A stretch of DNA of 20,000 nucleotides from an uncultured virus (IMG/VR IMGVR_UViG_2061766007_002858). Its lineage: Duplodnaviria > Heunggongvirae > Uroviricota > Caudoviricetes. The position numbers were made by a program, and so were the translations under genes. Location of the stretch: IMG/VR virus record IMGVR_UViG_2061766007_002858, one strand, 5' to 3'. The notes below the pieces were generated by a model. That model searched no databases. It was not told the origin of the DNA and saw nothing but the letters and a program-made list of their open reading frames with translations. Below are positions 1-8,159 of this stretch, one piece after another (the stretch's first letter is position 1; every line of letters starts with the position of its first letter).

Positions 1-795
1 TGGAATTCAGCGACCGCTCAGACAGTAAAGAGGTCGAGGCGGTGCTTGAGGCGCTTGGCGCGGTAGGTTTCGAGGGCATCGGCGAAACGGCCGAGGCTCC
101 GGAAGANNNNNNNNNNNNNNNNNNNNNNNNAGCCCCAGGAAGGCGGGAGCGCCGAAGAAAACACTAAAGGCGAAGAGAGCCGCGACACCGTTGAGTTGAC
201 GGTCACCCTGCCGATGGCGAGGCACACGGGCATGAGCCTGCGCAACCTCATCAACCTGCTTTACACCCGCGCGGGACTGCTCAACAGGGCGCTGGGAACA
301 GCCTTCCGTGTAGACGAAGGGCTGGTCAAAGCCCTGCAGGACGATGCCAGCGTGCTTACGCTGGACCGCTTCTTTGAGACGGTGGAGGCTTACGAAAACA
401 GGCACGGCAAGGCGGCGGACGGGCTGGTCATCGAGCCGGACAGGCTGACCTTCAGCACACTGCCGGAGACGGATGACCCCGCTGTTCTGCGCGCCTTCAC
501 CACCCTCTGCGCCATGATGAACAAGCAGGCTATTACACAGCAGCGCATCCAGGCGAAGACAGCCGACGCCGAGAACGAAAAGTATGCCATGCGTATCTGG
601 CTTCTGCGCCTGGGCATGAACGGTCCCGAGTACAAAGAGGAGCGCAGGATCCTGATGCGGAAACTTTCCGGCCACTGCGCCTTCCGCACCGATGATGACA
701 GGCTGCGCTGGCAGGCGAAGCAGAACGAGAAGCGCGACGCCCTGAGGGCCGCAAAGCAGATCGTGGAGGTGAGCAGCGATGCGGATGCCGAGTAA
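1..795 (+). CDS. Phage 'virulence-related protein'-like conserved hypothetical protein, 5'-truncated, N gap at 107-130
   Basis: Open frame before the gap (EFSDRSDSKEVEAVLEALGAVGF) and after it. C-terminal ENEKYAMRIWLLRLGMNGPEYKEERRILMRKLSGHCAF resembles the ENEKYAFRCFLLRLG motif of this Firmicutes prophage family (recalled, not searched). Confidence 0.7.
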
Positions 796-1006
796 GGAAA
801 CCGTCGAAGCCCTCCGCAGGGCGTACCCCGTTGGCTGCACCGTGGAGCTGGTGCAGATGGACGACCCGCAGGCACCGCCGCCCGGCACCCTCGGAAAGGT
901 GGTGGCGGTGGATGACATCGCCACGATTCACGTCGCCTGGAGCAACGGCTCCGGGCTGGGAATCGCCTTCGGACAGGACAGATGCAGGAGGGTCGACCAT
1001 GACTGA
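779..1006 (+). CDS. DUF4314 family protein
   Basis: 75 aa; YPVGCTVELVQMDDPQAPPPGTLGKVVAVDDIATIHVAWSNGSGLG is the typical DUF4314 pattern; GGAGGTG Shine-Dalgarno (SD) upstream. Confidence 0.85.
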   Translation: MRMPSKETVEALRRAYPVGCTVELVQMDDPQAPPPGTLGKVVAVDDIATIHVAWSNGSGLGIAFGQDRCRRVDHD

Positions 1007-1196
1007 GAAAGTGCGTGATCAGATCCTCGCCATCCGCGACACTGGCCTCACGAACATGTTTGACCTGCACATGGTGCAGCGGCTGGCATACGAGCGTGGA
1101 TACTACGAGCTGGTCTGCTGGCTGGAGGAGCACAGGAAGGAATACGCGCGCTTCATCATGACGGGCGAAGCGGAACAGGAGGACGGCAATGGCTGA
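999..1196 (+). CDS. DUF5049 family protein
   Basis: 65 aa MTEKVRDQILAIRDTGLTNMFD...EYARFIMTGE. ATG at 999 follows AGGAGG and overlaps the previous gene end; the ORF track start at 831 is too far upstream. Confidence 0.85.
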   Translation: MTEKVRDQILAIRDTGLTNMFDLHMVQRLAYERGYYELVCWLEEHRKEYARFIMTGEAEQEDGNG

Positions 1197-1593
1197 AGAG
1201 ATCAGAGTGCTGCTTGTAGAGCCAGGCAAACAGCCCAGGCTTGTGACGGTGGAACATACGCTGGAAAACATGCAGGCGCTGGTTGGTGGCTACATCGAGG
1301 CCGTCTACCCCTGGGACGACCCAGTCGGCGTCATTTGCGACGAGGACGGTATCGCCAACGGGAAGGAGCCTAACCGGCTGCTGGCGGACGAGGACGGCAA
1401 CCCCTACGATGTTCTCAAAGGCACGTTCTTCATCTGCGGCCTGGGCGGAGAGGACTTCTGCAGCATCAGCGACGAGATGGCTGAGAAGTACACTGTGCGT
1501 TTCCGCTGGCCGGAGATGTTCGCCCGCACCCCGGACGGGCATGTCCTATGGATGAGGCTGGAACCCGGCGCGAAGCCCGGAATCATCTGTTGA
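1189..1593 (+). CDS. DUF3846 family protein
   Basis: 134 aa; VLLVEPGKQP...LENMQALVGGYIEAVYPWDDPVGVICDEDG...PNR...GTFFICG pattern; AGGAGG SD. Confidence 0.8.
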   Translation: MAEEIRVLLVEPGKQPRLVTVEHTLENMQALVGGYIEAVYPWDDPVGVICDEDGIANGKEPNRLLADEDGNPYDVLKGTFFICGLGGEDFCSISDEMAEKYTVRFRWPEMFARTPDGHVLWMRLEPGAKPGIIC

Positions 1594-1608
1594 AAAACGT
1601 CCGGGTTT

Positions 1609-1708
1609 GTTATCAGAAATGTATCAATATACCGGCCTCACATGCGTGGACTTATGCCCCGAAAGACGGTAATGTACGTACTGCCGAAGGGCACACAGAC
1701 CACCGAAA
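1609..1708 (+). promoter_or_regulatory. Cassette-head repeat copy 1 with sigma70-like promoter
   Basis: TATCAAT at 1622; TGGACT (1647-1652)-N17-TAATGT (1670-1675); GTACGTAC palindrome; TGCC-GAAG-GGCA mini-hairpin. Near-identical copies at about 2543 and 3631. Confidence 0.75.
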
Positions 1709-1727
1709 AAGCAAGGAGGCAGCCGCC

Positions 1728-2164
1728 ATGAAGAGAGCCGAGCGCAACGAATTCAACTACATCAGGAGATACGNNNNNNNNNNAAGATACGAAAAGCAGT
1801 TTGACCTGGGGTACGGAACGACCCTGACCATCCGCACGGATGGGAGCCCCGAATACAAGCATGCCCTGCACGACCTTTACACCGGCTGGGGNNNNNNNNN
1901 NAAAAGCAGTTTGACCTGGGTTACGGAACGACCCTGACCATCCGAACGGACGGGAGCCCCGAATACAAGCATGCCCTGCACGACCTTTACACCGGCTGGG
2001 GATTCCACCCTGCCAGCGTCCGGGTGGACAGGAGCATGTACGACGATAAGGAGCGCATCATTTACATCTACGGGCTGACCTTCGACCTGCGCGGCGAGGA
2101 GCATCCCTGGACAGAGCTTTACACCGCCGAGGAGAGGGCACGCTTTGAAGCGGCCCTCGGCTGA
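1728..2164 (+). CDS. Hypothetical protein, cassette 1 gene A (about 102 aa once the overlapping contigs are collapsed)
   Basis: AAGGAGG SD then ATG 1728. Reconstructed across gaps 1774-1783 and 1892-1901: MKRAERNEFNYIRRYEKQFDLGYGTTLTIRTDGSPEYKHALHDLYTGWGFHPASVRVDRSMYDDKERIIYIYGLTFDLRGEEHPWTELYTAEERARFEAALG, TGA 2162-2164. Not called intact by the ORF track. Confidence 0.75.
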
Positions 2165-2179
2165 AGGGAGGGCGCCGAA

Positions 2180-2458
2180 ATGACGATCGCTGAGATCAAC
2201 ATCGCCTGCGCGCTGAACCACATCGAGACGCTCCGCAGGCATGGAGCCCAGGTGACGGGCCCAGACGGGCAGCGCGTCGAGCTGAACAGCTTCTTCTGGG
2301 GCAAGGCGATGGACGCCTGCATGCTGGGCGACTGCAGCGCCATCTGCTACGACCTTTTCCTGCCGGGGATTGAGGAACCGCTGCTCATCGCCATCCACCG
2401 CGACGGCAGGGTTGATTCCGGCAGCGCGGAAAACGTGATGCGATGCCTCGACCATTGA
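2180..2458 (+). CDS. Hypothetical protein, cassette 1 gene B (92 aa)
   Basis: GGGAGG SD, GC-rich third positions, followed by a hairpin. Confidence 0.75.
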   Translation: MTIAEINIACALNHIETLRRHGAQVTGPDGQRVELNSFFWGKAMDACMLGDCSAICYDLFLPGIEEPLLIAIHRDGRVDSGSAENVMRCLDH

Positions 2459-2472
2459 CGGAACCAGGCAGC

Positions 2473-2516
2473 GGATAGAGGAAACGGGCTGGGCGACCGG
2501 CCCCTTTTCTCTGTCC
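2473..2516 (+). terminator. Probable intrinsic terminator, possibly bidirectional
   Basis: GGGCTGG-GCGA-CCGGCCC core hairpin followed by CTTTTCTCT. Outer arms GGATAGAGGAAA / TTTTCTCTGTCC also pair, with G-U. Confidence 0.65.
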
Positions 2517-2529
2517 ACCGCATGAAAGA

Positions 2530-2629
2530 GTTATCTGTTTTGTATCAATATATCTGCCTCACAGGCGTGGACTTATCCCTCAAAAGACGGTAATGTACGT
2601 ACTGCAAGGAGCGAAGAAAAGCCTTGCGG
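2530..2629 (+). promoter_or_regulatory. Cassette-head repeat copy 2 with sigma70-like promoter
   Basis: TATCAAT at 2543; TGGACT (2568-2573)-N17-TAATGT (2591-2596); GTACGTAC; leader hairpin CTGCAAGG...CCTTGCGG. Confidence 0.75.
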
Positions 2630-2657
2630 CACAAGGATTTTGAAGGAGGAAACCACG

Positions 2658-2930
2658 ATGACGATTGAAAAGGCCATGAGAACCTACCGCCTGCCGAACC
2701 CCACCACCCCGGAAGACCTCGCCTGCGGATGGAGCAAGACGCTGACCTTTGGCGACAGGATTCTGGTCGCCGGCCATTACTACCAGCACAACAGGCCCTG
2801 CTACTACGGCGCGGTGTACGAGTTCCTGAGCGACGACCACACCTGCGAGGGCGCCATCGGGCTGGTGGCGGCAAGCGAGGTGGAATTCGAGGACGACGGC
2901 CACGCGATTGCTTGGGCGATGGCGCAGTAA
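2658..2930 (+). CDS. Hypothetical protein, cassette 2 gene A (90 aa)
   Basis: AAGGAGG SD then ATG 2658: MTIEKAMRTYRLPNPTTPEDL...FEDDGHAIAWAMAQ. Confidence 0.8.
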   Translation: MTIEKAMRTYRLPNPTTPEDLACGWSKTLTFGDRILVAGHYYQHNRPCYYGAVYEFLSDDHTCEGAIGLVAASEVEFEDDGHAIAWAMAQ

Positions 2931-2943
2931 GGAGGGCAAAACG

Positions 2944-3615
2944 ATGCTGAGCAGAGGAAACGCGGTTTTTGAGGAAATGCAACGCGTCGGGCACGAATGG
3001 GAAAAGGCCCGCGAGGAGCGCAGGCGGCGCAANNNNNNNNNNACGGTTTTTGAGGAAATGCAGCGCGTCGGGCACGAATGGGAAAAGGCCCGCGAGGAGC
3101 GCAGGCGGCGCAAGCAGGAGATCATCGACACGAAGGGCTGGGAAAGCGAAGAGCTGAAAGCCTGNNNNNNNNNNTACCGCATCGGCCACGACTGGGAAAA
3201 AGCCCGCGAGGAGCGCAGACAGCGCAAACAGGAGATCATCGACACGAAGGGCTGGGACAGCGAAGAGCTGAAAGCCTGGTACGTCGAGGACGAGGCGGCG
3301 AAGTTCCCCTTCAGCCATGGAGCCAACAAGGCATACCGCGCCTGGGCGTCCAGCGTCGGCCGCCGGGAGGACGAGGTGGAAATGGACGATTTCCTCTGGG
3401 ACAGGGAGGTTTCCGATTTTGTGGATACCCTGCGCAGAGCCGGATTTGCCACCTTCGTTTATACCAACCAGTCTACGGCGGTGATGGAGAACCTCCACCG
3501 GTTCGCCGCGGAGGGCTGCAGGATGGAAGGGCTTTGCACTGTCACCCGCCGCGAGAACCGCTGGGGCGAAGAGGAGCCTGTCGAGGTCATGGGCATACGA
3601 TTTTCCCTGGGATGA
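2944..3615 (+). CDS. Hypothetical protein, cassette 2 gene B, tentatively DUF7698-like; N-terminal part repeated in variant contigs
   Basis: TAAGGAGG SD, ATG 2944. C-terminal DDFLWDREVSDFVDTLRRAGFATFVYTNQSTAVMENLHRFAAEGCRMEGL resembles DUF7698 proteins as recalled. The apparent internal repeat coincides with N gaps 3033-3042 and 3165-3174. Confidence 0.65.
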   Translation: MLSRGNAVFEEMQRVGHEWEKAREERRRRXXXXTVFEEMQRVGHEWEKAREERRRRKQEIIDTKGWESEELKAXXXXYRIGHDWEKAREERRQRKQEIIDTKGWDSEELKAWYVEDEAAKFPFSHGANKAYRAWASSVGRREDEVEMDDFLWDREVSDFVDTLRRAGFATFVYTNQSTAVMENLHRFAAEGCRMEGLCTVTRRENRWGEEEPVEVMGIRFSLG

Positions 3616-3628
3616 AATGACACACATA

Positions 3629-3717
3629 GTTATCAATTTATATCGCGCACAGGCGTGGACTTATCCCTCAAAAGACGGTAATGTACGTACTGCCGAAGGG
3701 CAAAGAACACACCGAAA
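3629..3717 (+). promoter_or_regulatory. Cassette-head repeat copy 3 with sigma70-like promoter
   Basis: TATCAAT at 3631; TGGACT (3656-3661)-N17-TAATGT (3679-3684); GTACGTAC; TGCC-GAAG-GGCA; CACCGAAA at the same offset as in copy 1. Confidence 0.75.
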
Positions 3718-3732
3718 GCGAGGAACAAAACC

Positions 3733-4056
3733 ATGATGAACGCCTACTCCCTGAGAAACCACTTCACCCTGGGCAACTACAACACCACGATCACCCGCGC
3801 CGAATTCGAGCGCAGCTTCACGAAAACGAAGGAGAGCGTGACATTCACCTTCATGGGCTGGGACGGCAAGAGCTACGACGGCGAAAGCCGCAAGGCGCGG
3901 GTCCTGCGCAGCAACATTCCCGGCTACGAGAGTGTCCGCTTCATCAAGGTCGGCAAGAGCCTGCACTACATCATGGAAGATGAGCTGAGGGTGGAAAAGG
4001 CCACCGGCGAGAGCCATCCCGAAGCCAGCTGGCTGGTGGATGTTGAGAGAGCCTGA
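3733..4056 (+). CDS. Hypothetical protein, cassette 3 gene A (107 aa)
   Basis: GAGGA SD, strong GC3 bias, directly downstream of repeat copy 3. Confidence 0.8.
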   Translation: MMNAYSLRNHFTLGNYNTTITRAEFERSFTKTKESVTFTFMGWDGKSYDGESRKARVLRSNIPGYESVRFIKVGKSLHYIMEDELRVEKATGESHPEASWLVDVERA

Positions 4057-4071
4057 CAGGAGGAAAACGCC

Positions 4072-4413
4072 ATGAAGTTTGCGAGAGATGACGTTCAGAC
4101 TACATACTGCGGTGAAGACCCCATCGACAGGAACGACCCGGAAGGCGCGAAGACCGCCATCGAGCTGACGCTGCCCACCGGCTTTTCCGAAAAGGCGTGG
4201 GCCTGCTGGGATTACTTTGACGGCACCGCCTTCCTGTACGAATACAAGGGCCGCCTGGTGGTGACGGACGAGAGCCTTTACCTGACCGTCCACGGCGACG
4301 GCACGATGGACGCGCCGCTGGGATTCCCGCGCTGGGAATGTTATTCCTGGGAGGAGCTGGAGAAAATCCTGGAAACCACCTACGACGAGTTGGCTGAAGA
4401 AGATCTGATCTGA
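4072..4413 (+). CDS. Hypothetical acidic protein, cassette 3 gene B (113 aa)
   Basis: AGGAGG SD; about 26 D/E versus 9 K/R by hand count; aromatic-rich. Confidence 0.8.
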   Translation: MKFARDDVQTTYCGEDPIDRNDPEGAKTAIELTLPTGFSEKAWACWDYFDGTAFLYEYKGRLVVTDESLYLTVHGDGTMDAPLGFPRWECYSWEELEKILETTYDELAEEDLI

Positions 4414-4472
4414 TCCCCGTGTAAACAGCATATTGCCGGGAGCAGCCCAAGGAGGGCTGTATCTCGTACTGA

Positions 4473-4497
4473 AAGACCGCGAAGGTCTTATTTTTTT
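4473..4497 (+). terminator. Intrinsic terminator closing the cassette array
   Basis: AAGACC-GCGAA-GGTCTT followed by ATTTTTTT. A second hairpin (CAGCCC-AAGGA-GGGCTG, extended 4437-4466) lies just upstream. Confidence 0.75.
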
Positions 4498-4516
4498 GCC
4501 CGAGGAGGTGAGAAAC

Positions 4517-5745
4517 ACGAAAAAGCTGAAACGCTACAAGCCTACGGCCTTCAAGGCGAAAGACAGCCATTACGACAAGGCCGCCGCGGATTTCGCCGTG
4601 GCTTTCATTGAAAACTTGTGCCACACCAAGGGTACCTGGGCGGGAAAGCCATTCCTTCTGCTGGACTGGCAGGAACAGATCATACGGGATCTGTTCGGCA
4701 TTCTGAAGCCCAATGGATATCGGCAGTTCAACACCGCCTATGTGGAGATCCCGAAGAAGAACGGAAAGAGCGAGCTGGCTGCGGCCATTGCTCTTTTGCT
4801 TTGCTGCGGTGACGGCGAAGAGCGCGCCGAGGTCTACGGCTGCGCCGCCGACCGTCAGCAGGCCAGCATCGTGTTCGAGGTGGCCGCCGACATGGTGCGG
4901 ATGTGTCCGGCGCTCAGCAAGCGCGTGAAGATNNNNNNNNNNNNNNNNNNNNNNNNNNNNNNNNNNNNNNNNNNNNNNNNNNNNNNNNNNNNNNNNNNNN
5001 NNNNNNNNNNNNNNNNNNNNNNNNNNNNNNNNNNNNNNNNNNNNNNNNNNNNNNNNNNNNNNNNNNNNNNNNNNNNNNNNNNNNNNNNNNNNNNNNNNNN
5101 NNNNNNNNNNNNNNNNNNNNNNNNNNNNNNNNNNNNNNNNNNNNNNNNNNNNNNNNNNNNNNNNNNNNNNNNNNNNNNNNNNNNNNNNNNNNNNNNNNNN
5201 NNNNNNNNNNNNNNNNNNNNNNNNNNNNNNNNNNNNNNNNNNNNNNNNNNNNNNNNNNNNNNNNNNNNNNNNNNNNNNNNNNNNNNNNNNNNNNCCAGGG
5301 ACACCTCATGACGACCGAGGGCAATGTGATCCATTACGGGTTTATAGAACAGTTTATCGGCAGGCTGGGCGAGCGGTTCAACATCCGCGATATCGCCTTT
5401 GACCGCTGGGGCGCTGTCCAGATGGTGCAGAACCTGGAGGGCATGGGCTTCACCGTGGTTCCCTTCGGGCAGGGCTTTAAGGATATGTCCCCGCCAACGA
5501 AAGAACTGATGAAGCTGGTGCTGGAGAAGCGGATCGCACATGGAGGTCACCCGGTACTGCGCTGGATGATGGACAACATCTATATCCGTACCGATCCTGC
5601 TGGAAATATCAAGGCGGACAAGGAAAAGAGCACCGAAAAGATAGACGGCGCGGTAGCCACTATCATGGGCCTGGACCGCGCCATCCGCTGCGGGAATGAT
5701 ACACAGGAAAGCGTGTATAACGAACGCGGCATTCTGTTTCTATGA
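4517..5745 (+). CDS. terL: Terminase large subunit (middle missing in N gap 4933-5294; start uncertain, ACG 4517 or GTG 4508)
   Basis: Adenine-binding PFLLLDWQEQII, Walker A EIPKKNGKSEL, GCAADRQQASIVF, and nuclease-domain IAFDRWGA...KSTEKIDGAVATIMG. Confidence 0.95.
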
Positions 5746-5784
5746 CGGAGGGATGATTCATGGGAAAACTGTCGNNNNNNNNNN

Positions 5785-6070
5785 CCCCTTCGGGCAAGGT
5801 TTTAAGGACATGTCCCCGCCCACGAAAGAGCTGATGAAGCTGGTGCTGGAGAAGCGGATCGCTCACGGCGGGCATCCGGTGCTGCGGTGGATGATGGACA
5901 ACATATACATCCGCACCGATCCCGCCGGGAACATCAAGGCTGATAAAGAGAAATCCACGGAGAAAATCGACGGCGCGGTGGCCACTATCATGGGCCTGGA
6001 CCGCGCCATCCGCTGCGGGAATGATACGCAGGAAAGCGTGTATAACGACCGCGGCATTCTGTTTTTATAA
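5785..6070 (+). CDS. terL: Variant copy of the terL 3' end (overlapping strain-variant contig)
   Basis: Same protein sequence (PFGQGFKD...RGILFL) with mostly synonymous differences; flanked by 10-N gaps; a further short copy lies at 6130-6178. Confidence 0.85.
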
Positions 6071-6192
6071 CGGAGGGATGATTCATGGGAAAACTGTCGA
6101 GCCTGTTTCATATCAGGGANNNNNNNNNNCGATACAAAGGAAAGCGTGTACAACGACCGCGGCATTTTGTTTTTATGACGGAGGGATGATTC

Positions 6193-8159
6193 ATGGGAAA
6201 ACTGTCGAGCCTGTTTCACATAAGGGATAAGCCTCAGAACCGCACAGTCGGCAGCGGCTATGCCTTCTACATGGGCGGCACCACATCCGGCAAAGTTGTG
6301 ACGGAGCGCTCCGCCATGCAGATGACGGCGGTGTATTCCTGCGTGCGAATCCTTGCTGAGGCTGTCGCGGGATTGCCGCTGCACCTGTACCGGTACCGCG
6401 ATGACGGCGGGAAGGAAAAGNNNNNNNNNNTGGCAGCGGCTATGCCTTCTACATGGGCGGCACCACATCAGGCAAGGTCGTGACGGAACGCTCCGCCATG
6501 CAGATGACAGCGGTGTATTCCTGCGTACGGATTCTGGCTGAAGCTATCGCGGGATTACCGCTGCACCTGTACCGGTACCGTGATGACGGAGGTAAGGAGA
6601 AAGCCATCGACCATCCACTGTACCTGCTGCTGCATGACGAGCCGAATCCGGAGATGAGTTCATTCGTCTTCCGTGAGACGCTCATGACGCACCTGCTCCT
6701 ATGGGGCAACGCCTATGCGCAAATCATACGCAACGGCAAAGGCGAAGTGGTGGCGCTGTATCCCCTGATGCCCAACAANNNNNNNNNNTTCGTCTTCCGG
6801 GAGACGCTTATGACGCACCTGCTTCTGTGGGGTAACGCCTACGCGCAGATCATCCGAAATGGCAAAGGCGAGGTAGTGGCGCTGTATCCCCTGATGCCCA
6901 ACAAAATGTCGGTGGATCGTGATGCGGACGGCCGCTTGTACTACACCTATCAGCGGTCCAGCGAGGAAGCGCCCATCGCGGAAGGCTCAAAGGTCATCCT
7001 GTCGCCAAAGGATGTGCTGCACATCCCCGGCCTGGGCTTTGACGGGCTTGTGGGCTACAGCCCCATTGCCATGGCGAAAAACGCCATCGGCCTGGCCATC
7101 GCTACGGAGGAGTACGGCTCCAAGTTCTTCGCCAACGGCGCTACACCCAGCGGCATCCTGGAATATCCGGGGACGGTAAAGGATCCGGAGAAGGTCAGGG
7201 ACAGCTGGACGCGGGGCTTTTCCGGCAGCGGCAACGCGCATAAGGTGGCTGTGCTTGAGGAGGGCATGAAATACACGCCCATCTCCATTTCCCCGGAGCA
7301 GGCGCAGTTCCTGGAGACCAGGAAGTTTCAGATCAACGAAATCGCCCGTATTTTCCGGGTGCCGCCCCACATGGTGGGCGACCTGGACAAATCGAGCTTC
7401 TCCAATATCGAGCAGCAGTCGCTGGAATTCGTGAAATACACCCTCGATCCNNNNNNNNNNAGGCATGAAGTACACGCCCATCTCTATCGCCCCGGAGCAG
7501 GCGCAGTTCCTGGAAACAAGAAAATTTCAGATCAACGAGATCGCCCGCATCTTCCGGGTGCCGCCGCACATGGTTGGCGACCTGGACAAATCGAGCTTTT
7601 CCAATATCGAGCAGCAGTCGCTGGAATTCGTGAAATACACCCTTGATCCATGGGTTGTGCGCTGGGAGCAGTCCATCCAGCGCACACTTCTGCAGGACGA
7701 GGAGAAGACACGGTATTTTGTGAAGTTCAACCTGGAAGGCCTGCTGCGCGGCGATTACCAGAGCCGCATGAACGGATACGCCNNNNNNNNNNATGGGTGG
7801 TGCGCTGGGAACAGTCCATTCAGCGCACGCTCCTGCAGGATGAGGAGAAGGCGCGGTATTTCGTGAAATTCAACCTGGAAGGCCTGCTGCGCGGCGATTA
7901 CCAGAGCCGCATGAACGGGTACGCCACGGCGAGGCAGAACGGATGGATGTCGGCCAACGACATCCGGGAACTGGAGAACCTCGACCGCATCCCGCCCGAG
8001 AGCGGAGGCGACCTGTATCTTATCAACGGCAACATGCTCCCGCTCAACAGGGCGGGCGCTTTTGCGAATACGACGGAAAAGGAGGACACCGATTCTGATG
8101 AAAGCACAGAAGAAGTTCTGGCGGTGGAAGAATCAGGCGGACGGAGAAGAGGCCGCTGA
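6193..8159 (+). CDS. Phage portal protein (HK97 family), composite of overlapping variant contigs
   Basis: SAMQMTAVYSCVRILAE, LLLWGNAYAQIIRN, VLHIPGLGFDGLVGYSPI, QFLETRKFQINEIARIFRVPPHMVGDL, GWMSANDIRELENL. Partial start copies at 5760 and 6085. Confidence 0.95.

Noticed and set aside
2944..3290. Apparent internal triple repeat (GHEWEKAREERRRRKQEII) in the cassette 2 gene B protein
   Set aside because: Every repeat junction is an N gap; these are overlapping variant contigs.
1622..3717. CRISPR array or integron attC interpretation of the three repeats
   Set aside because: Spacing is about 1 kb with protein-coding genes between. There are no cas or integrase genes in the window and no attC-like long imperfect palindrome, and the repeat has promoter geometry.
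4433..4516. ORF-track 5' extension of terL from 4433
   Set aside because: It runs through two hairpins and a terminator with no SD; the strong SD is at 4503-4511.
7..4624. Long minus-strand ORFs in the track (e.g. 7-924, 390-1271, 1877-2518, 2545-3636, 3661-4518) and similar antisense ORFs later
   Set aside because: Shadow frames of GC-rich plus-strand genes, with no SDs or recognisable motifs; several are extended only by N runs.
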